Virus record (IMG/VR): IMGVR_UViG_3300021093_000004
DNA from: a virus
Lineage: Duplodnaviria; Caudoviricetes
DNA length: 64,000 bases
Direction: 5' to 3' (one strand)
Shown: piece after piece, positions 1 to 8,732 of the stretch
Position numbering within the stretch: position 1 is the first letter of the stretch
How the letters are laid out: the number at the start of each line of letters is the position of its first letter
Program-made: the position numbers and the translations under genes
Notes under the pieces: generated by a model
The model's input: only the letters and a program-made list of their open reading frames with translations
What the model was told of the DNA's origin: nothing
Databases searched by the model: none

Positions 1-9
1 GACTGAGCA

Positions 10-336
10 GTGGGGTCATCGATTTGGGAGTGGATGGTTAATATGATGTTGTTGCCACCGGGGAAGGACGTGTGTCCGGTATGTGCGGTGAAGCATGATC
101 CGAATTTGCCGCATAATGCGGAGTCGCTATATTATCAGCAGCGGTTCTTTGCGTTGCGGGGGCGGTGGCCGCATTGGGCTGATGCTATGGCCCATTGTGT
201 AGAGGAGGTCCGGGATCTTTGGGCTCTGCAATTACGGCAGTTAGGCCGGTGGACTGATCCGGTTAATGAGCCGATTGCCGATCCGCCTGCTGAGTCGTTT
301 AGTCAGGTGGTGGAGTTTGGTGGGCCTGAATTGTGA
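10..336 (+). CDS. hypothetical protein (CxxC-containing)
   Basis: 108-aa ORF with CPVC motif; no family recognised. Confidence 0.45.
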   Translation: MGSSIWEWMVNMMLLPPGKDVCPVCAVKHDPNLPHNAESLYYQQRFFALRGRWPHWADAMAHCVEEVRDLWALQLRQLGRWTDPVNEPIADPPAESFSQVVEFGGPEL

Positions 337-346
337 GGGTGCACCA

Positions 347-629
347 TTATCCTCTGTAGCTGGGGCTGACGAGTAGTCGGTGTTCGTAGTCGTTGAGGAG
401 TTTGAGGCTCTTGGCTTGGCTTCGGATAGATTCTAGAATTTCTTTCGGATAGCTGAAGTCCGTGATCAATATATCCATATTTAAAAAATATGTGTCATCA
501 GGTAGGTCTGGTCCATATTGGACAGGAATAGATGAAGCACTGGGGAAAGTGGCAATGCACTAACCATGCAGCACCCAAGCCGTCAAATCAGTTGGCATGG
601 TACAGAACAGTGTCGATGTTGCCGTTCAT
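347..629 (-). pseudogene. DHH/DHHA1 (NrnB-like) phosphoesterase pseudogene
   Basis: Manual translation: MNGNIDTVLYHAN*FDGLGAAWLV (TGA at 588-590 where HxNCxDG has Cys), frameshift at the tttcccc run (about 542-548), then IPVQYG...DILITDFSYPKEILESIRSQAKSLKLL; DHH motif lost, truncated at TAA 347-349. Confidence 0.75.
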
Positions 630-633
630 GGTT

Positions 634-1164
634 TTATCCCTTCAACCAGAAAGGAATCATACCGCCTAAAATAATGATACACACAACGGTGATAATCCAG
701 CCAAAAAATATGAGTCGATGGCTAGGATATTGGGCGATATAGTCAGGGGCAGTGATCACACCGCCCTCTTTCGTGTGATCAATGAGGGTTTCGCGGAGTT
801 TTATAAGGGTGTTCGCCTTGTCGGTTTCAGTCAGCCCGGACGGTAAGTGCTTGAGGTTCTCGTGGCTATACTTGAGTTTTTTGTGCCATTCACAAACGTC
901 ATTGGTAGGTGTGGCCCAGAAGATGCCGGTGTTGCCGGTGGTGAGTTGATGCTCTTCAATATAGTCGATGGCTTTACCTAGCCGTTCTTGGGCTAATTCG
1001 ATGCTGTTCGCGTCAGCGGCCAGTTTGAGGTATCCGCCGCATTGTTGATTGAATCGGACATTGTTGACATAATACCATGATATTTGGACTATCGGGAAGC
1101 CGATGGAAAAGAGGATGGCGATAGTGGTGAAGATCTTCGTGGAATTGGACCTAGACTGTCTCAT
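634..1164 (-). CDS. membrane protein with N- and C-terminal transmembrane segments
   Basis: Likely start ATG 1164 after a GGAG SD; hydrophobic IFTTIAILFSIGFPIV and LIFFGWIITVVCIIILGGMI. Confidence 0.7.
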   Translation of the reverse strand: MRQSRSNSTKIFTTIAILFSIGFPIVQISWYYVNNVRFNQQCGGYLKLAADANSIELAQERLGKAIDYIEEHQLTTGNTGIFWATPTNDVCEWHKKLKYSHENLKHLPSGLTETDKANTLIKLRETLIDHTKEGGVITAPDYIAQYPSHRLIFFGWIITVVCIIILGGMIPFWLKG

Positions 1165-1294
1165 CAATTTTCTCCAGTGTACGTCGGGCGGAGCGTTTGG
1201 TGTGTTTTGAGCATGGTGGCGGTGTACATCATGTGTGAGGTGGTAGCGTGGTTGGCAGTCAAACGCAAATGGCACAAACAGCATGGCTACAAGA

Positions 1295-1685
1295 ATGGTA
1301 ACCAAAGTCCCCGGCTGCCCAGTTGCGTAACCGCGACACAAAATATCGACGCGGCGGATTCGCGTGAGCGTGACTGCCTAGCAATCACCCTGTGCTTGCC
1401 TTTAAGGCCGAGATTGCCAGGCAAGCTGCGATGCACAAATCGTTTAGGGGTTCGGTCGGGGTAATGATTATGGCGTGGTTTCCAATGCCGAAGAGTTTGA
1501 GCAAACAAAAGGCAGAAAAGATGGCTGGCGAATATCACACGTCTAAGCCGGACCTAGACAACACTGCCAAAGCCGTGCTAGACGCCTTGTGTGTTTCCTT
1601 GGGTGACGATTGCAAAGTAGTTGATTTAAGGGTGCGTAAACGATGGGCGGCTACTATGCACCGGGGACCACAGTTATTTACATAG
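1295..1685 (+). pseudogene. rusA: RusA-family Holliday junction resolvase with a disrupted 5' end
   Basis: C-terminal half KPDLDNTAKAVLDAL...DDCKVV..K is intact; N-terminus reconstructs as MVTKVPGCPVA*PRHKIST-frameshift-GGFA*A*LPSNHPV with stops at 1328-1330, 1365-1367, 1371-1373. Confidence 0.7.
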
Positions 1686-1692
1686 AAGATCT

Positions 1693-2127
1693 TCATTTAA
1701 TGCGATCAATAAGCTGTCGCACATTGTGATATAATTTTAGCCCCTTCATATCGGCTAATTTAAACCATCCGAGAGCCGCAAATTCGTGGTTATTTTCCAA
1801 TCGTTGATTAGACGATGTAACCTTACAATGAATGAACGCGACCCCTTTTTTAGTCGATAGTTGTATGGGCTTTCCGACTGCCCTGCAACGGATATTAGTT
1901 TCTTCTCGCACTTCCCGAACCACCGCTTCTTCTGGTGATTCTCCACGTTTGAGGTGTCCGCCGGGAAACACCCATTTGCCTGCTCGGTCATCATCAGTGT
2001 TGCGAGCTAACCCCAATAACCATTTATCGTGCCATCGGACTATACCAACTGCCGCCTTGAAGTCCTCTTTAAAGGCTTCAGTAAGTACAGAATCGAGAAT
2101 GCCGTCAAATTCTAAAAGTAAAGCCAT
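1693..2127 (-). CDS. NUDIX hydrolase
   Basis: Nudix box GGHLKRGESPEEAVVREVREETN; probable start ATG 2127 (MALLLEF). Confidence 0.9.
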   Translation of the reverse strand: MALLLEFDGILDSVLTEAFKEDFKAAVGIVRWHDKWLLGLARNTDDDRAGKWVFPGGHLKRGESPEEAVVREVREETNIRCRAVGKPIQLSTKKGVAFIHCKVTSSNQRLENNHEFAALGWFKLADMKGLKLYHNVRQLIDRIK

Positions 2128-2234
2128 ATCGCTATATTTGTCAAAGATACTGTAATTCTTAACAGCCTGACAATGCACCGCAACGGAAATGTATTGGGGA
2201 TTTGGACCTAATAAACCAAACCAGGACATTCAGA

Positions 2235-4079
2235 ATGAAATCAATGTATACGACTGATGAAATCGCGAAGTTGTTCAATGTTGACCCGAGCACAGTATTG
2301 AAATGGTTCAACTCCGGAGCACTCAGGGGTTATCGAATCCCCGGAACACAGAACCGTCGAACTGCGCGTGAGTACTTGGTTCAATTCTGTAAACAACACG
2401 GAATTAATCTTCCGGAGCCACTCATCGGCCCCGAACGGTCCAGCCTGCTGACCGGTCGCCGCCCTGAATCTGAGGTACAAAGGGGTATTGGGGAATCAAC
2501 TATGAAGTCGATGACATTGGCACAAAAGCTCAATCAGAAATTCGCTGACGATCCAATTCTTTCTGAATTTGATGCATTATACGAAACTTCAATATCGAGC
2601 CACCGCTTCATCAATCAGGATGATCTTCGACAACATCTCGTCGAAGGTGCCCTCTTGAATGTCGGCGTTCTTGCGTCAAAGGCTCTGTCCATTCCACGCG
2701 GCGATTACATGGTTTGGATGACGGATGCCGGGCATACTATGCTGGTCCCGGTATCTGAGAATCAAAAGCCGCGAGAAGTCTTTGAACATTCAAACGACCA
2801 ATATGATATATTCACTAATACCTTGCTCCAGAATTGGAAGAAGCTGGAACGCACACTATCTGAAGACGATGAAGGCGAAAACGAAGAAAAAGAAGAAAAA
2901 GAAGAAAAATCGAAAAACGAAATCCTTACACACATCAACGTCGATACAGTTGACCGTATGCCGATCTTGCGAGCAATGCAAGATCGCGGCCACACGGTAA
3001 CAAGCCTCGCCAATGAGGTTGGGGTCGACCCACCAGCGATCTCTCGAATTCTCCGAACACCAAAAGACGTTCAAGGAGATCCCAAAGGTCGAAATCCGAG
3101 CATGGGGATGGCATCCCAAATCTGTGCTGAACTGCGATTAGACCCAACCGCCGCGTTTCCGGACATTTTCGGAAGCAGCAGTCGATACGAGCCACGCAAA
3201 ACACCGGGAAACCGTGGCAGTGGAATGAGCGGAGCCGCTTCTGGCTCCAAAAGAAAAGGCCGTGGCACCGAAAAATATACGCAAGGCAATACTTCAGAAG
3301 GATTCACGCGACGTTCTGATACCCTTTCCGAAAGTATGATAGAAGCTGCAAAACGAGACATTGATGAGCTTGAAGATGAGCTTGAAATGGAAAGTGGTGC
3401 GATGGCCCGCACCACCGCTGAAGAATTCGCACAACGTTTTGATGTTCTCTGCGAAGCAATTGCCCTGTCTGGCTTGCCGTTCAATACTTATTGGGAATCT
3501 TACGCTCGTCCAACATTGACAGAAGGAAATTGTCGAACTGTCGATGAATTACTAAACGAATTCTGGTGGCCATTCGGAAGTAATCAGTCTTCACCAGCCG
3601 CAAAGACAGCCCCAAAGACAACCCCAAAGACAACCGCACCGCCATTAGATCCACAATCAGCAGCAGCCAATAAACTGTACGCCGATCGTTTGGCAGCCAG
3701 AAAGCAAGCTGGCATTAAACCGGGATTGATTCCCGGCCATGAGCTGCGTGCGGATCGATTTGAAGCTCAAAAGCAAGCTATGAATGAGCGAATTGTCGCT
3801 CCGATCAAAAAAGCTTTCGCCTCTGCGATGAACTTATTCTTGCGGCAGATGCAAGAATTGCAATACAACAAGAATATTGGAGATAAGGACGCGCCGCACG
3901 CTTGGAAGTTGGCCCAGAACTTCTATAACGCAATGATGCAACGAGCGGCTGAATTCCAACCCAATTGGCGTCGGATGAAACCCGGCGAGACGCTCGGTTA
4001 TCGCGGAGCTTATGACCAAGCTCGCGGAGCATATCAGAGCAACGAGTTACCCCGTAACTGGAGGCTGAAACAAGGGTGA
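2235..4079 (+). CDS. large protein with N-terminal MerR/excisionase-type HTH, internal XRE-type HTH and low-complexity C-terminal part; possible virion-internal protein
   Basis: YTTDEIAKLFNVDPSTVLKWFNSGALRGYRIPG (MerR-like); MQDRGHTVTSLANEVGVDPPAISRILR (XRE HTH); second in-frame start at 2502. Confidence 0.7.
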   Translation: MKSMYTTDEIAKLFNVDPSTVLKWFNSGALRGYRIPGTQNRRTAREYLVQFCKQHGINLPEPLIGPERSSLLTGRRPESEVQRGIGESTMKSMTLAQKLNQKFADDPILSEFDALYETSISSHRFINQDDLRQHLVEGALLNVGVLASKALSIPRGDYMVWMTDAGHTMLVPVSENQKPREVFEHSNDQYDIFTNTLLQNWKKLERTLSEDDEGENEEKEEKEEKSKNEILTHINVDTVDRMPILRAMQDRGHTVTSLANEVGVDPPAISRILRTPKDVQGDPKGRNPSMGMASQICAELRLDPTAAFPDIFGSSSRYEPRKTPGNRGSGMSGAASGSKRKGRGTEKYTQGNTSEGFTRRSDTLSESMIEAAKRDIDELEDELEMESGAMARTTAEEFAQRFDVLCEAIALSGLPFNTYWESYARPTLTEGNCRTVDELLNEFWWPFGSNQSSPAAKTAPKTTPKTTAPPLDPQSAAANKLYADRLAARKQAGIKPGLIPGHELRADRFEAQKQAMNERIVAPIKKAFASAMNLFLRQMQELQYNKNIGDKDAPHAWKLAQNFYNAMMQRAAEFQPNWRRMKPGETLGYRGAYDQARGAYQSNELPRNWRLKQG

Positions 4080-4096
4080 CTTTCGGAGGTGTCGAA

Positions 4097-4579
4097 ATGC
4101 AGCGAATCAGGTTCTCAAGAAAGTCTAGGTGGAGCATGAATATCGTCGAATTCGTAGCCTCCGCAATCACAGATGATCCAGACATTCTTAATGAAGAAGC
4201 TCTAAGTACATCCGGTATAGCACCCGGCATGGCATCTGGCGAAACACCCGGTGGTGCTCCTGCGGGTGCCGATAAACCGATGAATGCTACGGAAATAAGC
4301 CAAGAAGCCGAAGAAGTAGCCGGTAACAAGGATTCATCCAAACAAGCCGAAGAGCTACTGAAAGCTCAAGAAGAGGCGAAAAAGGCGGAAAAATTAGAGC
4401 GGCAACGAATAATTAAGCCGCAAATGGAAAAATTGAATTCATCGCTCGACAAATTGCGCACCGGAGTCACACAAAGTACTGCAAATACTCAAAATGCTGG
4501 AGAAAAGCTTGGTAATCTTGATACCGAGATGACCACTATCCGCACATTGATCGGTAATCTCGAAAAGACCTTCATGTAA
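4097..4579 (+). CDS. coiled-coil hypothetical protein
   Basis: GGAGG SD before ATG 4097; heptad-rich C-terminus. Confidence 0.6.
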   Translation: MQRIRFSRKSRWSMNIVEFVASAITDDPDILNEEALSTSGIAPGMASGETPGGAPAGADKPMNATEISQEAEEVAGNKDSSKQAEELLKAQEEAKKAEKLERQRIIKPQMEKLNSSLDKLRTGVTQSTANTQNAGEKLGNLDTEMTTIRTLIGNLEKTFM

Positions 4580-4675
4580 TCACATGGCGGCAACCCGCCT
4601 AATTTGACATTAGCGAATTCAGTCTAACTTGGTGGGGGACCAGATGACAAGTTCGATCTGAAATTTAAATAGGTT

Positions 4676-5986
4676 ATGTTGCACCACCATGTAGTTCGAA
4701 ATTCGAAACCAAATGTGATTATTATAATCACCGACCAGCAGCGTTTCGATGCTGTTGGCTATGTTAATCCAAATATTATTACTCCGAATCTTAATAAATT
4801 AGCCAGCGAATCCGTGATTTGTGCAGAAGCATTTGTACAAAGCCCCCAATGTCAGCCGAGCAGAGCATCAATATTGACTGGTCGTTATCCCACCGCTCAT
4901 CGAGTGTGGTGGAATGAAACCAAACTGGCTCCAACTGAATTGACTATTGGGAACTATTTCGAGGCGGCTGGATATTCAACTGGATATTTTGGTAAATTGC
5001 ATATTGATGGAGATTCAGATTATACATCGGTTGCGAAGCACTTTGGATTCCGACATACGTTTCTGTCCGAAGATTGGCAGCTAATGGCTACCGGCAAACT
5101 ATTGCAGACCGGAAAATCGATTCCTAACAGAATCAGAGAAGAATTCTTCGGGCCGATGGCGACCAAAACGTGGGTTGGTCAGTTAAGTAATCGATCTCTG
5201 CATCATGAAGATATGATTACAACAAAGGCCGTGGAATTTATCCAGTCTCAAACTGAGCCGTACTTAGCAGTCATTAGTTATAATGGGCCACATCCTCCAT
5301 ATGCGGCTCCGACAGAATTTAGTCAACTCTACGATCCATCGACTCTTTCGGTACCAAAAGAGCGGGTCCCAAATTTAATGGGCCATGTATTATCGTCATC
5401 CGAATGGCGTGAATTAAAACGCCAATATTATGGAGCCGTGTCTTGGATTGATGATAATGTTGGACGTATCTTGAGCATTGACCAGTCAGCGATTGTGGTC
5501 TTTCTATCGGATCATGGTGATATTTTAGGTGATCATGGCCTATTTTCTAAGGGGATCTTTGCTTACGATGGTAATATTAGAATTCCATTATTATTTAAAA
5601 TCCCTGGCGTAAACCCGTCTGATTACCGGCATTTGGTACAGACTATTGATATACTTCCAACATTACTACATGCTGTCGGGGTCGGAGGAACACCCGGAAT
5701 TCAAGGAAAATCGTTATTGGAGCATTTTAAGTCAGATACGGCTGCTAATAATTATGTGATTAGTATGTTATGCCATAGTCAGCGGTTACGAATGATCCGC
5801 ACTAAATCTTGGAAATATTGGGTTCATGGGGCTAGAGAGTTCCTCTATGATCTACAGAACGATCCGTCTGAGGAGCGGAACATAGCCCATTCAGGGAAAC
5901 ATGCTTTACATGCAGCTAGGTATGGTTTGCTGCAAGCACTCATACACTGTGAAGATCCGTTGCCGCTTCCGCGACCGGTTTATTGA
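4676..5986 (+). CDS. formylglycine-dependent sulfatase
   Basis: KPNVIIIITDQQR, CQPSRASILTG (CxPxR), GYFGKLH, PHPPY, SDHG motifs. Confidence 0.92.
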   Translation: MLHHHVVRNSKPNVIIIITDQQRFDAVGYVNPNIITPNLNKLASESVICAEAFVQSPQCQPSRASILTGRYPTAHRVWWNETKLAPTELTIGNYFEAAGYSTGYFGKLHIDGDSDYTSVAKHFGFRHTFLSEDWQLMATGKLLQTGKSIPNRIREEFFGPMATKTWVGQLSNRSLHHEDMITTKAVEFIQSQTEPYLAVISYNGPHPPYAAPTEFSQLYDPSTLSVPKERVPNLMGHVLSSSEWRELKRQYYGAVSWIDDNVGRILSIDQSAIVVFLSDHGDILGDHGLFSKGIFAYDGNIRIPLLFKIPGVNPSDYRHLVQTIDILPTLLHAVGVGGTPGIQGKSLLEHFKSDTAANNYVISMLCHSQRLRMIRTKSWKYWVHGAREFLYDLQNDPSEERNIAHSGKHALHAARYGLLQALIHCEDPLPLPRPVY

Positions 5987-6549
5987 CCGGTCGAACCAAA
6001 ACCACCTTCTCCGCGTTTGGTTTCGCTGACTTTGGCTTCTTTTACGATTGCTTGATAACAGGGTGCTAGTACACCCTGCACGATCCGTTGACCATGTTCG
6101 ATGGTGATTGGTTCAATATTTCGATTAAACACACATGCGAACACTTCACCACGGTAGTCAGAATCAATGATTCCGACTGAGTTTGCGAGCATAAGACCTC
6201 TGGCTCCCATGGATGATCGCATAAAAAGTTGGAGTACAAAGCCGGGGTTGAACTCGCATTTGTACCCAAGGGATATCATTACTGTTTCATTGCATGTCAA
6301 GATCAACTTGGGTTTAGATTGTCCCGGTTCACTACGGTGTGAGACACCTGCGTGTTGTGACGGAGCTTTGGAAACCCGCGATCCGGCGTCGGTGGCATAG
6401 AAATGAGCTTTGTCACCATGTGAGTCTACGTGCATACATGGACGAGTAAGGCACGCTGAAAAATCGATCCCGGCAGAATGTTCTGTCCCGTATGTGGGAG
6501 TGTTTAAATCGTTCTCCGGAAACGGTTCCAATATTAACCACACTGTCAT
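5980..6549 (-). CDS. dut: trimeric dUTPase with an insertion after motif I
   Basis: SAGIDF, RSSMG, GIIDSDYRGE, QRIVQG, RGEGGFGSTG. Confidence 0.93.
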   Translation of the reverse strand: MTVWLILEPFPENDLNTPTYGTEHSAGIDFSACLTRPCMHVDSHGDKAHFYATDAGSRVSKAPSQHAGVSHRSEPGQSKPKLILTCNETVMISLGYKCEFNPGFVLQLFMRSSMGARGLMLANSVGIIDSDYRGEVFACVFNRNIEPITIEHGQRIVQGVLAPCYQAIVKEAKVSETKRGEGGFGSTGQ

Positions 6550-6599
6550 ATCACCCTCTTTAGGAGAGCATTTTGATACACATACCATAATTAGGCGAC

Positions 6600-7472
6600 C
6601 TATGATTTTTTACGTACTAGTTCAGCTTCAAGTTGTTCTACCGAGAGTTCGCTGAGCATCACGTCGGCGGTCTTTTCGTATGGCTGCATTCGCATATCAC
6701 TGACTTCGATGATGCCATCAACGACCGTTTCGACGGCTCCGTGAAAAATCGTTGGGTATTTCTCTTTGAGGATCAAATAAATCTGCTCAAAGACGAGCCT
6801 GATTTCCCATTCTGAATGGCGACCGGTCCGTATCATGACCGTATGACGCAGGGTTCGCAAGTTAGTTGAAAACCCGATTTCGTTTGTTTGACCGTTGGGG
6901 GTGATTCTTCGAAGAGCGGATGTGATCTTTTTCTTGGTGGTGAAATCGCTCATTTGGTCCAATTGCATTTTTTGGACCATGCTGGTATACTTCCCTTCGA
7001 GATAATACTGGATCTCTCGGAAATCTTCTCTGACTGCTTCAAGAATAGGATCGAAAACAATATCGATCTCGTCCAGTCGAATATAGCGGCCACTATTCTG
7101 AGAGAATGCGGTGCCGATACGGTGGCGGACCAACTCGTGGGTAAAGACGCGGCTACAGTCGGCGATGAGAAAATTGAATCCGACGTGCTCGAAGATCGAC
7201 CCATGTCCTACGTCGAAGCAACCTTTGAGATTGTCGGAAATGTCGCGGACGCGAGTGATATTAGCGTTTTTGCCGAGCGTGAGGCTCTTGTAGCACAATT
7301 TGGCGAACATGCTACAGAGGATTTCGGCGTTGGAGACACCAGCTTCTCTTGCTTCAATAACTGATTGCCAGAAATCCTCGTTGCCGCTGTCTTTCAGGTA
7401 CCGTTGAATTTCGCTGTCATTGGTTTCTGTATACCCGACCCAATAGACCTTTGGCGTTACAAGTTTACCCAT
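6600..7472 (-). CDS. thyX: FAD-dependent thymidylate synthase ThyX
   Basis: GHGSIFEH; THELVRHRIGTAFSQNSGRY (ThyX motif); LRTLRH. Confidence 0.93.
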   Translation of the reverse strand: MGKLVTPKVYWVGYTETNDSEIQRYLKDSGNEDFWQSVIEAREAGVSNAEILCSMFAKLCYKSLTLGKNANITRVRDISDNLKGCFDVGHGSIFEHVGFNFLIADCSRVFTHELVRHRIGTAFSQNSGRYIRLDEIDIVFDPILEAVREDFREIQYYLEGKYTSMVQKMQLDQMSDFTTKKKITSALRRITPNGQTNEIGFSTNLRTLRHTVMIRTGRHSEWEIRLVFEQIYLILKEKYPTIFHGAVETVVDGIIEVSDMRMQPYEKTADVMLSELSVEQLEAELVRKKS

Positions 7473-7650
7473 TGTCGATGCCGATTACAGTTAGTGTTCG
7501 TGTGTGGTTACTGTCTTGATGAGTGACCTTAATTACGCACGACTCAGATATGCAGTCTAATTCAATGGAGACAAATGTAATGCCTGTGACTTCTTGGTCT
7601 AGGTCACTGTATACCTTGACTGTGTTCTCTGACACCTGCCCCGGATTCAT
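7465..7650 (-). CDS. small hypothetical protein
   Basis: Fills the gap between rnhA and thyX; its stop overlaps the thyX start. Confidence 0.4.
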   Translation of the reverse strand: MNPGQVSENTVKVYSDLDQEVTGITFVSIELDCISESCVIKVTHQDSNHTRTLTVIGIDNG

Positions 7651-8203
7651 TTTCACTGAGTATGTTCGGGGGCTGGGAAGGTTGTAATCTGTTGCCCATA
7701 TGACCATTTCGGATCAATCTCCTCGCTTCTACGGCAAGTATGTCGCATCGTTCGTTCAATTCATGTCCGGAATGGCCACGAATCCATCGCATCTTTATAC
7801 TCTTTTGAATTCTGACTAGTTCGTCGATCTCTTGCCATAAATCGATGTTTTGGAGTTCGCCTTCTTTCCTTCTCCACCCTTTTTGTTTCCATCCAACCAT
7901 CCAACCGTAATTGCCAAATCGAGGTTCGCCGCCTAGCCATTCTCCGATGCTGTTGACAACATACTTGCTGTCTGAGTAAACTGTAACATCGCAGGGACGT
8001 TTGAGTAATTTAAGAGCTTCGATGACCCCGGTTAGCTCCATACGATTATTGGTAGTTGAGAGATGCCCTCCTGACATTTCTATCTCATGAATTCTATCTG
8101 GTAGCTGATATTGTAATATAGCTCCCCAACCTCCCGGTCCGGGATTCGGCTCGCAGGCCCCATCAGTATAAATCACGACTTCAGAGATAAGAGCATGCCT
8201 CAT
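7604..8203 (-). CDS. rnhA: ribonuclease HI
   Basis: YTDGACEPNPGPGGWG, TTNNRMEL, DSKYV, NIDLWQ, WIRGHSG..NERCD.LA. Confidence 0.95.
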   Translation of the reverse strand: MRHALISEVVIYTDGACEPNPGPGGWGAILQYQLPDRIHEIEMSGGHLSTTNNRMELTGVIEALKLLKRPCDVTVYSDSKYVVNSIGEWLGGEPRFGNYGWMVGWKQKGWRRKEGELQNIDLWQEIDELVRIQKSIKMRWIRGHSGHELNERCDILAVEARRLIRNGHMGNRLQPSQPPNILSENESGAGVREHSQGIQ

Positions 8204-8218
8204 TTATTCATAACCAAA

Positions 8219-8263
8219 CCACCATGCAAATTTCCACCATGCAAATTTCCACCATGCAAATTT
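8219..8263. repeat. perfect tandem repeat 3 x 15 bp (ccaccatgcaaattt)
   Basis: Direct reading; lies between divergent genes. Confidence 0.95.
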
Positions 8264-8362
8264 AATAAAATACAGGTGGATTCGTGACCAAATGACTTCA
8301 TCGCAAGAAATGATTGATAACACTACTACGGTCTTTCAATCTCGTTAACGGTGTAGATTCTT

Positions 8363-8617
8363 ATGCGTGCAATAGAAGCAATTAATTTAGATGATGGTTA
8401 TTCTAGTATCATTATATTTGATAATAATCAAGTAATTTATGTTGATGGAAACAAAATGTTGACTCCGAGCGGACGTCGGGTTAGTTTTCATCTCACATTT
8501 AGTGATAATTTTAAAATTAGACAAGCCCATCCTAATGATATTGCTAAGATACCTGATAATATTATGACGGCGTTCGGTTGGGATGAAAGATTTGGAGCTA
8601 TAGATCAGAACATCTAA
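8363..8617 (+). CDS. small AT-rich hypothetical protein (cassette cargo)
   Basis: 84-aa ORF located between the 17-bp repeats. Confidence 0.65.
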   Translation: MRAIEAINLDDGYSSIIIFDNNQVIYVDGNKMLTPSGRRVSFHLTFSDNFKIRQAHPNDIAKIPDNIMTAFGWDERFGAIDQNI

Positions 8618-8732
8618 TCTTTATTGATGTCGTTAGAAGTCGTTATCCATACCGATAGATATGCTATTGTACGACTTCAGAGATAAGTCTACTCACAATA
8701 TTCTCCCAGTGCTCTTCTGGTAAAAATACGTT

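Larger units (their letters stand above)
8175..8687. repeat. 17-bp direct repeat acgacttcagagataag at 8175-8191 and 8671-8687, flanking an inserted segment
   Basis: Exact 17/17 match; on the minus strand both copies encode LISEV of the rnhA N-terminus. Confidence 0.85.

Noticed and set aside
588-590. TGA at a conserved Cys as selenocysteine
   Set aside because: The same remnant also has a frameshift, a lost DHH motif and a truncation, and I see no convincing SECIS, so a pseudogene is the simpler explanation.
4587-4660. tRNA-like or promoter element (ggcgg-caac-ccgcc hairpin, ttgaca, gttcga)
   Set aside because: No cloverleaf and no properly spaced -10 box; at most a short terminator-like hairpin.
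8219-8263. Kozak (ccaccATG) and octamer (ATGCAAAT) motifs in the tandem unit
   Set aside because: These are eukaryotic signals; surrounding genes use SD or leaderless starts, so this is likely coincidence.
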